Positions 15,001 through 30,000 of a stretch of DNA of 64,000 bases are shown in pieces. This stretch comes from Eledone cirrhosa (lineage: Eukaryota): positions 62,001 to 126,000 of the forward strand of contig CAXHJY010000184.1 in the NCBI GenBank assembly GCA_964016885.1, given 5' to 3'. Position 1 is the first letter of the stretch, and the number at the start of each line of letters is the position of its first letter. Below the pieces are notes generated by a model. The model made no database searches. It was not told the origin of the DNA and saw nothing but the letters and a program-made list of their open reading frames with translations. Both the position numbers and the translations under genes were made by a program.

Positions 15001-18000
15001 ATAGTCTTTCCCAGTCACTACAGGACTATAGTCTTTCCCAAACACTACAGGACTATAGTCTTTCCCAATCACTACAGGACTATAGTCTTTCCCAGTCACT
15101 ACAGGACTATAGTCTTTCCCAGTCACTACAGCACTATAGTCTTTCCCAGTCACTACAGGACTATAGTCTTTCCCAATCACTACAGGACTATAGTCTTTCC
15201 CAGTCACTACAGGACTATAGTCTTTCCCAGTCACTACAAGACTATAGTCTTTCCCAATCACTACAGGACTATAATCTTTCCCAATCACTACAGGACTATA
15301 GTCTTTCCCAATCACTACAAGACTATAGTCTTTCCCAGTCACTACAGGACTATAGTCTTTCCCAGTTACTACAGGACTATAGTCTTTCCCAGTCACTACT
15401 GGACTATAGTTTTCCCAGTCACTACAGCGCTATAGTCTTTCCCAGTCACTACAGGACTATAGTCTTTCCCAGTCACTACAGGACTATAGTCTTTCCCAGT
15501 CACTACAGGGCTATAGTCTTTCCCAGTCACTACAGGACTACATTCGTTCCCAGTCACTACAGGACTATAGTCTTTCCCAGTCACTACAGGACTATAGTCT
15601 TTCCCAGTCACTACAGGACTATAGTCTTTCCCAGTCACTACAGGACTATAGTCTTTCCCAATCACTACAGGACTATAGTCTTTCCCAGTCACTACAGGAC
15701 TACATTCTTTCCCAGTCACTACAGGACTATAGTCTTTCCCAATCACTACAGGACTATAGTCTTTCCCAGTCACTACAGGACTACATTCTTTCCCAGTCAC
15801 TACAGGACTATAGTCTTTCCCAGTCACTACAGGACTATAGTCTTTCCCAGTCACTACAGGACTATAGTCTTTCCCAGTCACTACAGGACTATAGTCTTTC
15901 CCAATCACTACAGGACTATAGTCTTTCCCAGTCACTACAGGACTACATTCTTTCCCAGTCACTACAGGACTATAGTCTTTCCCAATCACCACAGGACTAT
16001 AGTCTTTCCCAGTCACTACAGGACTATAGTCTTTCCCAATCACTACAGGACTATAGTCTTTCCCAGTCACTACAAGACTACATTCTTTCCCAGTCACTAC
16101 AGGACTATAGTCTTTCCCAGTGACTACAGGACTATAGTCTTTCCCAGTGACTACAGGACTATAGTCTTTCCCAGTCACTACAGGACTATAGTCTTTCCCA
16201 GTCACTACAGGACTATAGTCTTTCCCAATCACTACAGGACTATAGTCTTTCCCAATCACTACAGGACTATAGTCTTTCCCAATCACTACAGGACTATAGT
16301 CTTTCCCAGTCACTACAGGACTATAGTCATTCCCAGTCACTACAGGACTATAGTCTTTCCCAGTCACTACAGGACTACATTCTTTCCCAGTCACTACAGG
16401 ACTATAGTCTTTCCCAATCACTACAGGACTATAGTCTTTCCCAGTCACTACAGGACTATAGTCTTTCCCAGTCACTACAGGACTATAGTCTTTCCCAATC
16501 ACTACAGGACTATAGTCTTTCCCAGTCACTACAGGACAATAGTCTTTCCCAGTCACTACAGGACTATAGTCTTTCCCAGTCACTACAGGACTATAGTCTT
16601 TCCGAGTCACTACAGGACTATAGTCTTTCCCAGTCACTACAGGACTATAGTCTTTCCCAGTCACTACAGGACTATAATCTTTCCCAGTCACTACAGGACT
16701 ATAGTCTTTCCCAGTCACTACAGGACTATAGTCCTTCCCAGTCGCTACAGGACTATAGTCTTTCCCAATCACTACAGGACTATAGTCTTTCCCAGTCACT
16801 ACAGGACTATAGTCTTTCCCAATCACTACAGGACTATAGTCTTTCCCAGTCACTACAGGACTACATTCTTTCCCAGTCACTACAGGACTATAGTCTTTCC
16901 CAGTCACTACAGGACTATAGTCTTTCCCAATCACTACAGGACTATAGTCTTTCCCAGTCACTACAGGACTACATTCTTTCCCGGTCACTACAGGACTATA
17001 GTCCTTCCCAGTCACTACAGGACTATAGTCTTTCCCAATCACCACAGGACTATAGTCTTTCCCAGTCACTACAGGACTATAGTCTTTCCCAATCACTACA
17101 GGACTATAGTATTTCCCAGTCACTACAGGACTATAGTCTTTCCCAGTCACTACAGGACTATAGTCTTTCCCAGTCACTACAGGACTATAGTCTTTCCCAG
17201 TCACTACAGGACTATAGTCTTTTCCAATCACTACAGGACTACATTCTTTCCCAGTCACTACAGGACTATAGTCTTTCCCAGTCACTACAGGACTATAGTC
17301 TTTCCCAGTCACTACAGGACTATAGTCTTTCCCAGTCACTACAGGACTATAGTCTTTTCCAATCACTACAGGACTACATTCTTTCCCAGTCACTACAGGA
17401 CTATAGTCTTTCCCAGTCACTACAGGACTATAGTCTTTCCCAGTCACTACAGGACTATAGTCTTTCCCAGTCACTACAGGACTATAGTTTTTCCCAGTCA
17501 CTACAGGACTATAGTCTTTCCCAATCACTACAGGACTATAGTCTTTCCCAATCACTACAGGACTATAGTCTTTCCCAATCACTACAAGACTATAGTCTTT
17601 CCCAGTCACTACAGGACTATAGTCTTTCCCAATCACTACAGGACTATAGTCTTTCCCAATCACTACAGGACTATAGTCTTTCCCAGTCACTACAGGACTA
17701 TAGTCTTTCCCAGTCACTACAGGACTATAGTCTTTCCCAGTCACTACAGGACTATAGTCTTTCCCAGTCACTACAAGACTATAGTCTTTCCCAATCACTA
17801 CAGGACTATAGTCTTTCCCAATCACTACAGGACTATAGTCTTTCCCAGTCACTACAGGACTATAGTCTTTCCCAGTCACTACAGGACTATAGTCTTTCAC
17901 AGTCACTACAGGACTATAGTCTTTCCCAATCACTACAGGACTATAGTCTTTCCCAGTCACTACAGGACTACATTCTTTCCCAGTCACTACAGGACTATAG

Positions 18001-21000
18001 TCTTTCCCAGTCACTACAGGACTATAGTCTTTCCCAGTCACTACAGGACTATAGACTTTCCCAATCACTACAAGACTATAGTCTATCCCAGTCACTACAG
18101 GACTATAGTCTTTCCCACTCACTACAGGACTATAGTCTTTCCCAGTCACTACAGGACTATAGTCTTTCCCAGTCACTACAGGACTATAGTCTTTCCCAGT
18201 CACTACAGGACTATAGTCTTTCCCAGTCACTACAGGACTATAGTCTTTCCCAGTCACTACAGGACTATAGTATTTCCCAGTCACTACAGGACTATAGTCT
18301 TTCCCAGTCACTACAGGACTATAGTCTTTCCCAGTCACTACAGGGCTATAGTCTTTCCCAGTCACTACAGGACTACAGTCTTTCCCAGTCACTACAGGAC
18401 TATAGTCTTTCCCAGTCACTACAGGACTATAGTCTTTCGCAGTCACTACAGGACTATAGTCTTTCCCAATCACTACAGGACTATAGTCTTTCCCAATCAC
18501 TACAGGACTATAGTCTTTCCCAGGCACTGCAGGACTATAGTCTTTCCCAATCACTACAGGACTATAGTCTTTCCCAATCACTACAGGACTATAGTCTTTC
18601 CCAGTCACTACAAGACTATAGTCTTTCCCAATCACTACAGGACTATAGTCTTTCCCAATCACTACAGGACTATAGTCTTTCCCAGTCACTACAGGACTAT
18701 AGTCTTTCCCAGTCACTACAGGACTATAGTATTTCCCAGTCACTACAGGACTATAGTCTTTCCCAGTCACTACAGGACTATAGTCTTTCCCAGTCACTAC
18801 AGGGCTATAGTCTTTCCCAGTCACTACATGACTACAGACTTTCCCAGTCACTACAGGACTATAGTCTTTCCCAGTCACTACAGGACTATAGTCTTTCCCA
18901 GTCACTACAGGACTATAGTCTTTCCCAATCACTACAGGACTATAGTCTTTCCCAGTCACTACAGGACTATAGTCATTCCCAGTCACTACAAGACTATAGT
19001 CTTTCCCAGTCACTACAGGATTATAGTCTTTCCCAATCACTACAGGACTATAGTCTTTCCCAGTCACTACAGGACTATAGTCTTTCCCAGTCACTACAGG
19101 ACTATAGTCTTTCCCAATCACTACAGGACTATAGTCTTTCCCAGTCACTACAGGACTATAGACTTTCCCAGTCACTACAGGACTATAGTCTTTCCCAGTC
19201 ACTACAGGACTATAGTCTTTCCCAGTCACTACAGGACTATAGTCTTTCCCAGTCACTACAGGACTATAGTCTTTCCGAATCACTACAGGACTATAGTCTT
19301 TCCCAGTCACTACAGGACTATAGTCTTTCCCAGTCACTACAAGACTATAGTCTTTCCCAGTCACTACAGGACTATAGTCTTTCCCAATCACTACAGGACT
19401 ATAGTCTTTCCCAGTCACTACAGGACTATAGTCTTTCCCAGTCACTACAGGACTATAGTCTTTCCCAGTCACTACAGGACTATAGTCTTTCCCAGTCACT
19501 ACAGGACTATAGTCTTTCCCAGTCACTACAGGACTATAGTCTTTCCCAGTCACTACAAGACTATAGTCTTTCCCAATCACTACAGGACTATAGTCTTTCC
19601 CAATCACTACAGGACTATAGTCTTTCCCAATCACTACAGGACTATAGTCTTTCCCAGTCACTACAGGACTATAGTCTTTCCCAGTCACTACAGGACTATA
19701 GTCTTTCCCAGTCACTACAAGACTATAGTCTTTCCCAATCACTACAGGACTATAGTCTTTCCCAGTCACTACAGGACTATAGTCTTTCCCAATCACTACA
19801 GGACTATAGTCTTTCCCAGTCACTACAAGACTATAGTCTTTTCCAATCACTACAGGACTATAGTCTTTCCCAATCACTACAGGGCTATAGTCTTTCCCAG
19901 TCACTACAGGACTATAGTCTTTCCCAGTCACTACAGGACTATAGTATTTCCCAGTCACTACAGGACTATAGTCTTTCCCAGTCACTACAGGACTATAGTC
20001 TTTCCCAGTCACTACAGGGCTATAGTCTTTCCCAGTCACTACATGACTACAGACTTTACCAGTCACTACAGGACTATAGTCTTTCCCAGTCACTACAGGA
20101 CTATAGTCTTTCCCAGTCACTACAGGACTATAGTCTTTCCCAATCACTACAGGACTATAGTCTTTCCCAGTCACTACAGGACTATAGTCTTTCCCAGTCA
20201 CTACAAGACTATAGTCTTTCCCAGTCACTACAGGATTATAGTCTTTCCCAATCACTACAGGACTATAGTCTTTCCCAGTCACTACAGGACTATAGTCTTT
20301 CCCAGTCACTACAGGACTATAGTCTTTCCCAATCACTACAGGACTATAGTCTTTCCCAATCACTACAGGACTATAGTCTTTCCCAGTCACTACAGGACTA
20401 TAGTCTTTCCCAATCACTACAGGACTATAGTCTTTCCCAGTCACTACAGGACTATAGTCTTTCCCAATCACTACAGGACTATAGTCTTTCCCAGTCACTA
20501 CAGGACTACATTCTTTCACAGTCACTACAGGACTATAGTCTTTCCCAGTCACTACAGGACTATAGACTTTCCCAATCACTACAAGACTATAGTCTTTCCC
20601 AGTCACTACAGGACTATAGTATTTCCCAGTCACTACAGGACTATAGTCTTTCCCAGTCACTACAGGACTATAGTCTTTCCCAGTCACTACAGGACTATAG
20701 TCTTTCCCAGTCACTACAGGACTATAGTCTTTCCCAGTCACTACAGGACTATAGTCTTTCCCAGTCACTACAGGACTATAGTCTTTCCCAGTCACTACAA
20801 GACTATAGTCTTTCCCAATCACTACAGGACTATAGTCTTTCCCAATCACTACAGGACTATAGTCTTTCCCAATCACTACAGGACTATAGTCTTTCCCAGT
20901 CACTACAGGACTATAGTCTTTCCCAGTCACTACAGGACTATAGTCTTTCCCAGTCACTACAAGACTATAGTCTTTCCCAATCACTACAGGACTATAGTCT

Positions 21001-24000
21001 TTCCCAGTCACTACAGGACTATAGTCTTTCCCAATCACTACAGGACTATAGTCTTTCCCAGTCACTACAGGACTATAGACTTTCCCAATCACTACAAGAC
21101 TATAGTCTTTCCCAGTCACTACAGGACTATAGTTTTTCCCAGTCACTACAGGACTATAGTCTTTCCCAATCACTACAGGACTATAGTCTTTCCCAATCAC
21201 TACAGGACTATAGTCTTTCCAAGTCACTACAGGACTATAGTCTTTCCCAGTCACTACAGGACTATAGTCTTTCCCAGTCACTACAGGACTATAGTCTTTC
21301 CCAGTCACTACCGGACTATAGTCTTTCCCAATCACTACAGGACTATAGTCTTTCCCAGTCACTACAGGACTATTGTCTTTCCCAGTCACTACAGGACTAT
21401 AGTCTTTCCCAGTCACTACAGGACTATAGTCTTTCCCAGTCACTACAGGACTATAGTCTTTCCCAGTCACTACAGGACTATAGTCTTTCCCAATCACTAC
21501 AGGACTATAGTCTTTCTCAGTCACTACAGGACTATAGTCTTTCCCAGTCACTACAGGACTATAGTCTTTCCCAGTCACTACAGGACTATAGTCCTTCCCA
21601 GTCACTACAGGACTATAATCTTTCCCAATCACTACAGGACTATAGTCTTTCCCAGTCACTACAGGACTATAGTCTTTCCCAGTCACTACAGGACTATAGT
21701 CTTTCCCAGTCACTACAGGACTATAGTCTTTCCCAATCACTACAAGACTATAGTCTTTCCCAGTCACTACAGGACTATAGTCTTTCCCAATCACTACAAG
21801 ACGATAGTCTTTCCCAGTCACTACAGGACTATAGTCTTTACCAGTCACTACAAGACGATAGTCTTTCCCAATCACTACAGGACTATAGTCTTTCCCAGTC
21901 ACTACAGGACTATAGTCTCTCCCAGTCACTACAGGACTATAGTCTTTCCCAGTCACTACAGGACTATAGTCTTTCCCAATCACTACAGGACTATAGTCTT
22001 TCCCAATCACTACAGGACTATAGTCTTTCCCAGTCACTACAGGACTATAGTCTTTCCCAATCACTACAGGACTATAGTCTTTCCCAGTCACTACAGGACT
22101 ATAGTCTTTCCCAATCACTACAGGACTATAGTCTTTCCCAGTCACTACAGGACTATAGTCTTTCCCAATCACCACAGGACTATAGTCTTTCCCAATCACT
22201 ACAAGACTGTAGTCTTTCCCAGTCACTACAGGACTATAGTCTTTCCCAATCACTACAGGACTATAGTCTTTCCCAGTCACTACAGGACTATAGTCTCTCC
22301 CAGTCACTACAGGACTATAGTCTTTCCCAGTCACTACAGGACTATAGTCTTTCCCAGTCACTACAGGACTATAGTCTTTCCCAGTCACTACAGGACTATA
22401 GTCTTTCCCAATCACTACAGGACTATAGTCTTTCCCAGTCACTACAGGACTATAGTCTTTCCCAGTCACTACAGGACTATAGTTTTTCCCAGTCACTACA
22501 GGACTATAGTCTTTCCCAATCACTACAGGACTATAGTCTTTCCCAATCACTACAGGACTATAGTCTTTCCCAATCACTACAAGACTATAGTCTTTCCCAG
22601 TCACTACAGGACTATAGTCTTTCCCAATCACTACAGGACTATAGTCTTTCCCAGTCACTACAGGACTATAGTCTTTCCCAGTCACTACAGGACTATAGTC
22701 TTTCCCAGTCACTACAGGACTACATTCTTTCCCAGTCACTACAGGACTATAGTCTTTCCCAATCACTACAGGACTATAGTCTTTCCCAGTCACTACAGGA
22801 CTATAGTCTTTCCCAGTCACTACAGGACTATAGTCTTTCCCAATCACTACAGGAGTATAGTCTTTCCCAGTCACTACAGGACTATTGTCTTTCCCAGTCA
22901 CTACAGGACTATAGTCTTTCCCAGTCACTACAGGACTATAGTCTTTCCCAGTCACTACAGGACTATAGTCTTTCCCAGTCACTACAGGACTATAGTCTTT
23001 CTCAGTCACTACAGGACTATAGTCTTTCCCAGTCACTACAGGACTATAGTCTTTCCCAGTCACTACAGGACTATAGTCCTTCCCAGTCACTACAGGACTA
23101 TAGTCTTTCCCAATCACTACAGGACTATAGTCTTTTCCAGTCACTACAGGACTATAGTCTTTCCCAGTCACTACAGGACTATAGTCTTTCCCAGTCACTA
23201 CAGGACTATAGTCTTTCCTAATCACTACAAGACTATAGTCTTTCCCAGTCACTACAGGACTATAGTCTTTCCCAGTCACTACAAGACTATAGTCTTTCCC
23301 AATCACTACAGGACTATAGTCTTTCCCAGTCACTACAGGACTATAGTCTCTCCCAGTCACTACAGGACTATAGTCTTTCCCAGTCACTACAGGACTATAG
23401 TCTTTCCCAATCACTACAGGACTATAGTCTTTCCCAATCACTACAGGACTATAGTCTTTCCCAGTCACTACAGGACTATAGTCTTTCCCAATCACTACAG
23501 GACTATAGTCTTTCCCAGTCACTACAGGACTATAGTCTTTCCCAATCACTACAGGACTATAGTCTTTCCCAGTCACTACAGGACTATAGTCTTTCCCAAT
23601 CACCACAGGACTATAGTCTTTCCCAATCACTACAAGACTGTAGTCTTTCCCAGTCACTACAGGACTATAGTCTTTCCCAATCACTACAGGACTATAGTCT
23701 TTCCCAGTCACTACAGGACTATAGTCTCTCCCAGTCACTACAGGACTATAGTCTTTCCCAGTCACTACAGGACTATAGTCTTTCCCAGTCACTACAGGAC
23801 TATAGTCTTTCCCAGTCACTACAGGACTATAGTCTTTCCCAATCACTACAGGACTATAGTCTTTCCCAATCACCACAGGACTATAGTCTTTCCCAATCAC
23901 TACAGGACTATAGTCTTTCCCAGTCACTACAGGACTATAGTCTTTCCCAGTCACTACAGGACTATAGTCTTTCCCAGTCACTACAGGACTATAGTCTTTC

Positions 24001-27000
24001 GCAGTCACTACAGGACTATAGTATTTCCCAGTCACTACAGGACTATAGTCTTTCCCAGTCACTACAGGACTATAGTCTTTCCCAGTCACTACAGAGCTAT
24101 AGTCTTTCCCAGTCACTACAGGACTACAGTCTTTCCCAGTCACTACAGGACTATAGTCTTTCCCAGTCACTACAGGACTATAGTCTTTCCCAATCACTAC
24201 AGGACTACATTCTTTCCCAGTCACTACTGGACTATAGTCTTTCCCAGTCACTACAAGACTATAGTCTTTCCCAGTCAGTCACTACAGGACTATAGTCTTT
24301 CCCAGTCACTACAGGACTATAGTCTTTCCCAGTCACTACAGGACTATAGTCTTTCCCAGTCACTACAGGACTATAGTCTTTCCCAATCACTACAGGACTA
24401 TAGTCTTTCCCAGTCACTACAGGACTATAGTCTTTCCCAGTCACTACAGGACTATAGTCTTTCCCAGTCACTACAGGACTATAGTCTTTCCCAATCACTA
24501 CAAGACTATAGTCTTTCCCAGTCACTACAGGACTATAGTCTTTCCCAGTCACTACAAGACTATAGTCTTTCCCAATCACTACAGGACTATAGTCTTTCCC
24601 AGTCACTACAGGACTATAGTCTCTCCCAGTCACTACAGGACTATAGTCTTTCCCAGTCAGTACAGGACTATAGTCTTTCCCAATCACTACAGGACTATAG
24701 TCTTTCCCAATCACTACAGGACTATAGTCTTTCCCAGTCACTACAGGACTATAGTCTTTCCCAATCACTACAGGACTATAGTCTTTCCCAGTCACTACAG
24801 GACTATAGTCTTTCCCAATCACTACAGGACTATAGTCTTTCCCAGTCACTACAGGACTATAGTCTTTCCCAATCACCACAGGACTATAGTCTTTCCCAAT
24901 CACTACAAGACTGTAGTCTTTCCCAGTCACTACAGGACTATAGTCTTTCCCAATCACTACAGGACTATAGTCTTTCCCAGTCACTACAGGACTATAGTCT
25001 CTCCCAGTCACTACAGGACTATAGTCTTTCCCAGTCACTACAGGACTATAGTCTTTCCCAGTCACTACAGGACTATAGTCTTTCCCAGTCACTACAGGAC
25101 TATAGTCTTTCCCAATCACTACAGGACTATAGTCTTTCCCAATCACCACAGGACTATAGTCTTTCCCAATCACTACAGGACTATAGTCTTTCCCAGTCAC
25201 TACAGGACTATAGTCTTTCCCAGTCACTACAGGACTATAGTCTTTCCCAGTCACTACAGGACTATAGTCTTTCGCAGTCACTACAGGACAATAGTATTTC
25301 CCAGTCACTACAGGACAATAGTCTTTCCCAGTCACTACAGGACTATAGTCTTTCCCAGTCACTACAGAGTTATAGTCTTTCCCAGTCACTACAGGACTAC
25401 AGTCTTTCCCAGTCACTACAGGACTATAGTCTTTCCCAGTCACTACAGGACTATAGTCTTTCCCAATCACTACAGGACTACATTCTTTCCCAGTCACTAC
25501 AGGACTATAGTCTTTCCCAGTCACTACAGGACTATAGTCTTTCCCAGTCACTACAGGACTATAGACTTTCCCAATCACTACAGGACTATAGTCTTTCCCA
25601 GTCACTACAAGACTATAGTCTTTCCCAGTCACTACAAGACTATAGTCTTTCCCAGTCAGTCACTACAGGACTATAGTCTTTCCCAGTCACTACAGGACTA
25701 TAGTCTTTCCCAGTCACTACAGGACTATAGTCTTTCCCAGTCACTACAGGACTATAGTCTTTCCCAGTCACTACAGGACTATAGTCTTTCCCAGTCACTA
25801 CAGGACTATAGTCTTTCCCAATCACTACAGGACTACATTCTTTCCCAGTCACTACAGGACTATAGTCTTTCCCAGTCACTACAGGACTATAGTCTTTCCC
25901 AGTCACTACAGGACTATAGTCTTTCCCAGTCACTACAGGACTATAGTTTTTCCCAGTCACTACAGGACTATAGTCTTTCCCAATCACTACAGGACTATAG
26001 TCTTTCCCAATCACTACAGGACTATAGTCTTTCCCAATCACTACAAGACTATAGTCTTTCCCAGTCACTACAGGACTATAGTCTTTCCCAATCACTACAG
26101 GACTATAGTCTTTCCCAGTCACTACAGGACTATAGTCTTTCCCAGTCACTACAGGACTATAGTCTTTCCCAGTCACTACAGGACTACATTCTTTCCCAGT
26201 CACTACAGGACTATAGTCTTTCCCAATCACTACAGGACTATAGTCTTTCCCAGTCACTACAGGACTATAGTCTTTCCCAGTCACTACAGGACTATAGTCT
26301 TTCCCAGTCACTACAGGACTATAGTCTTTCCCAGTCACTACAGGACTATAGTCTTTCCCAGTCACTACAGGACTATAGTCTTTCCCAGTCACTACAGGAC
26401 TATAGTCTTTCCCAGTCACTACAGGACTATAGTCTTTCCCAGTCACTACAGGACTATAGTCTTTCCCAGTCACTACAGGACTATAGTCTTTCCCAGTCAC
26501 TACAGGACTATAGTCTTTCCCAATCACTACAGGACTATAGTCTTTCCCAATCACCACAGGACTATAGTCTTTCCCAATCACTACAGGACTATAGTCTTTC
26601 CCAATCACTACAGGACTATAGTCTTTCCCAGTCACTACAGGACTATAGTCTTTCCCAATCACCACAGGACTATAGTCTTTCACAATCACTACAAGACTGT
26701 AGTCTTTCCCAGTCACTACAGGACTATAGTCTTTCCCAGTCACTACAGGCCTATAGTCTTTCCCAGTCACTACAGGACTATAGTCTTTCCCAGTCACTAC
26801 AGGACTATAGTATTTCCCAGTCACTACAGGACTATAGTCTTTCCCAGTCACTACAGGACTATAGTCTTTCCCAGTCACTACAGAGCTATAGTCTTTCCCA
26901 GTCACTACAGGACTACAGTCTTTCCCAGTCACTACAGGACTATAGTCTTTCCCAGTCACTACAGGACTATAGTCTTTCCCAATCACTACAGGACTACATT

Positions 27001-30000
27001 CTTTCCCAGTCACTACAGGACTATAGTCTTTCCCAGTCACTACAGGACTATAGTCTTTCCCAGTCACTACAGGACTATAGTCTTTCCCAATCACTACAGG
27101 ACTATAGTATTTCCCAGTCACTACAAGACTATAGTCTTTCCCAGTCACTACAAGACTATAGTCTTTCCCAGACACTACAGGACTATAGTCTTTCCCAATC
27201 CCTACAGGACTATAGTCTTTCCCAGTCACTACAGGACTATAGTCTTTCCCAGTCACTACAGGACTATAGTCTTTCCCAGTCACTACAGGACTATAGTCTT
27301 TCCCAGTCACTACAGGACTATAGTCTTTCCCAGTCACTACAGGACTATAGTCTTTCCCAGTCACTACAGGACTATAGTCTTTCCCAGTCACTACAGGACT
27401 ATAGTCCTTCCCAGTCACTACAGGACTATAGTCTTTCCCAATCACTACAGGACTATAGTCTTTCCCAGTCACTACAGGACTATAGTCTTTCCCAGTCACT
27501 ACAGGACTATAGTCTTTCCCAGTCACTACAGGACTATAGTCTCTCCCAGTCACTACAGGACTATAGTCTTTGCCAGTCACTACAGGACTATAGTCTTTCC
27601 CAATCACTACAGGACTATAGTCTTTCCCAATCACTACAGGACTATAGTCTTTCCCAGTCACTACAGGACTATAGTCTTTCCCAATCACCACAGGACTATA
27701 GTCTTTCCCAATCACTACAGGACTATAGTCTTTCCCAGTCACTACAGGACTATAGTCTTTCCCAGTCACTACAGGACTATAGTCTTTCCCAGTCACTACA
27801 GGACTATAGTCTTTCCCAGTCACTACAGGACTATAGTCTTTCCCAGTCACTACAGGACTATAGTCTTTCCCAGTCACCACAGGACCATAGTCTTTCCCAG
27901 TCACTACAGTACTATAGTCTTTCCCAATCACTACAGGACTATAGTCTTTCCCAATCACTACAGGACTATAGTCTTTCCCAATCACTACAGGACTATAGTC
28001 TTTCCCAGACACTACAGGACTATAGTCTTTCCCAATCCCTACAGGACTATAGTCTTTCCCAGTCACTACAGGACTATAGTCTTTCCCAATCACTACAGGA
28101 CTATAGTCTTTCCCAGTCACTACAGGACTATAGTCTTTCCCAATCACCACAGGACTATAGTCTTTCCCAATCACTACAGGACTATAGTCTTTCCCAGTCA
28201 CTACAGGACTATAGTCTTTCCCAGTCACTACAGGACTATAGTCTTTCCCAATCACTACAGGACTATAGTCTTTCCCAGTCACTACAAGACCATAGTCTTT
28301 CCCAGTCACTACAAGACTATAGTCTTTCCCAGTCAGTCACTACAGGACTATAGTCTTTCCCAGTCACTACAGGACTATAGTCTTTCCCAATCACTACAGG
28401 ACTATAGTCTTTCCCAGTCACTACAGGACTATAGTCTTTCCCAATCACTACAGGACTATAGTCTTTCCCAGTCACTACAGGACTATAGTCTTTCCCAGTC
28501 ACTACAGGACTATAGTCTTTCCCAATCACTACAGGACTATAGTCTTTCCCAGTCAGTCACTACAGGACTATAGTCTTTCCCAGTCACTACAGGACTATAG
28601 TCTTTCCCAGTCACTACAGGACTATAGTCTTTCCCAGTCACTACAGGACTATAGTATTTCCCAGTCACTACAGGACTATAGTCTTTCCCAGTCACTACAG
28701 GACTATAGTCTTTCCCAGTCACTACAGAGCTATAGTCTTTCCCAGTCACTACAGGACTACAGTCTTTCCCAGTCACTACAGGACTATAGTCTTTCCCAGT
28801 CACTACAGGACTATAGTCTTTCCCAATCACTACAGGACTTCATTCTTTCCCAGTCACTACAGGAATATAGTCTTTCCCAGTCACTACAGGACTATAGTCT
28901 TTCCCAGTCACTACAGGACTATAGTCTTTCCCAATCACTACAGGACTATAGTCTTTCCCAGTCACTACAAGACTATAGTCTTTCCCAGTCACTACAAGAC
29001 TATAGTCTTTCCCAGTCAGTCACTACAGGACTATAGTCTTTCCCAGTCACTACAGGACTATAGTCTTTCCCAGTCACTACAGGACTATAGTCTTTCCCAG
29101 TCACTACAGGACTATAGTCTTTCCCAGTCACTACAGGACTATAGTCTTTCCCAGTCACTACAGGACTACATTCTTTCCCAGTCACTACAGGACTATAGTC
29201 TTTCCCAATCACTACAGGACTATAGTCTTTCCCAGTCACTACAGGACTATAGTCTTTCCCAGTCACTACAGGACTATAGTCTTTCCCAGTCACTACAGGA
29301 CTATAGTCTTTCCCAGTCACTACAGGACTATAGTCTTTCCCAGTCACTACAGGACTATAGTCTTTCCCAGTCACTACAGGACTATAGTCTTTCCCAGTCA
29401 CTACAGGACTATAGTCTTTCCCAGTCACTACAGGACTATAGTCTTTCCCAGTCACTACAGGACTATAGTCTTTCCCAGTCACTACAGGACTATAGTCTTT
29501 CCCAGTCACTACAGGACTATAGTCTTTCCCAATCACCACAGGACTATAGTCTTTCCCAATCACTACAGGACTATAGTCTTTCCCAGTCACTACAGGACTA
29601 TAGTCTTTCCCAGTCACTACAGGACTATAGTCTTTCCCAGTCACTACAGGACTATAGTCTTTCCCAGTCACTACAGGACTATAGTCTTTCCCAGTCACTA
29701 CAGGACTATAGTCTTTCCCAGTCACCACAGGACCATAGTCTTTCCCAGTCACTACAGTACTATAGTCTTTCCCAATCACTACAGGACTATAGTCTTTCCC
29801 AATCACTACAGGACTATAGTCTTTCCCAATCACTACAGGACTATAGTCTTTCCCAGACACTACAGGACTATAGTCTTTCCCAATCCCTACAGGACTATAG
29901 TCTTTCCCAGTCACTACAGGACTATAGTCTTTCCCAATCACTACAGGACTATAGTCTTTCCCAGTCACTACAGGACTATAGTCTTTCCCAATCACCACAG

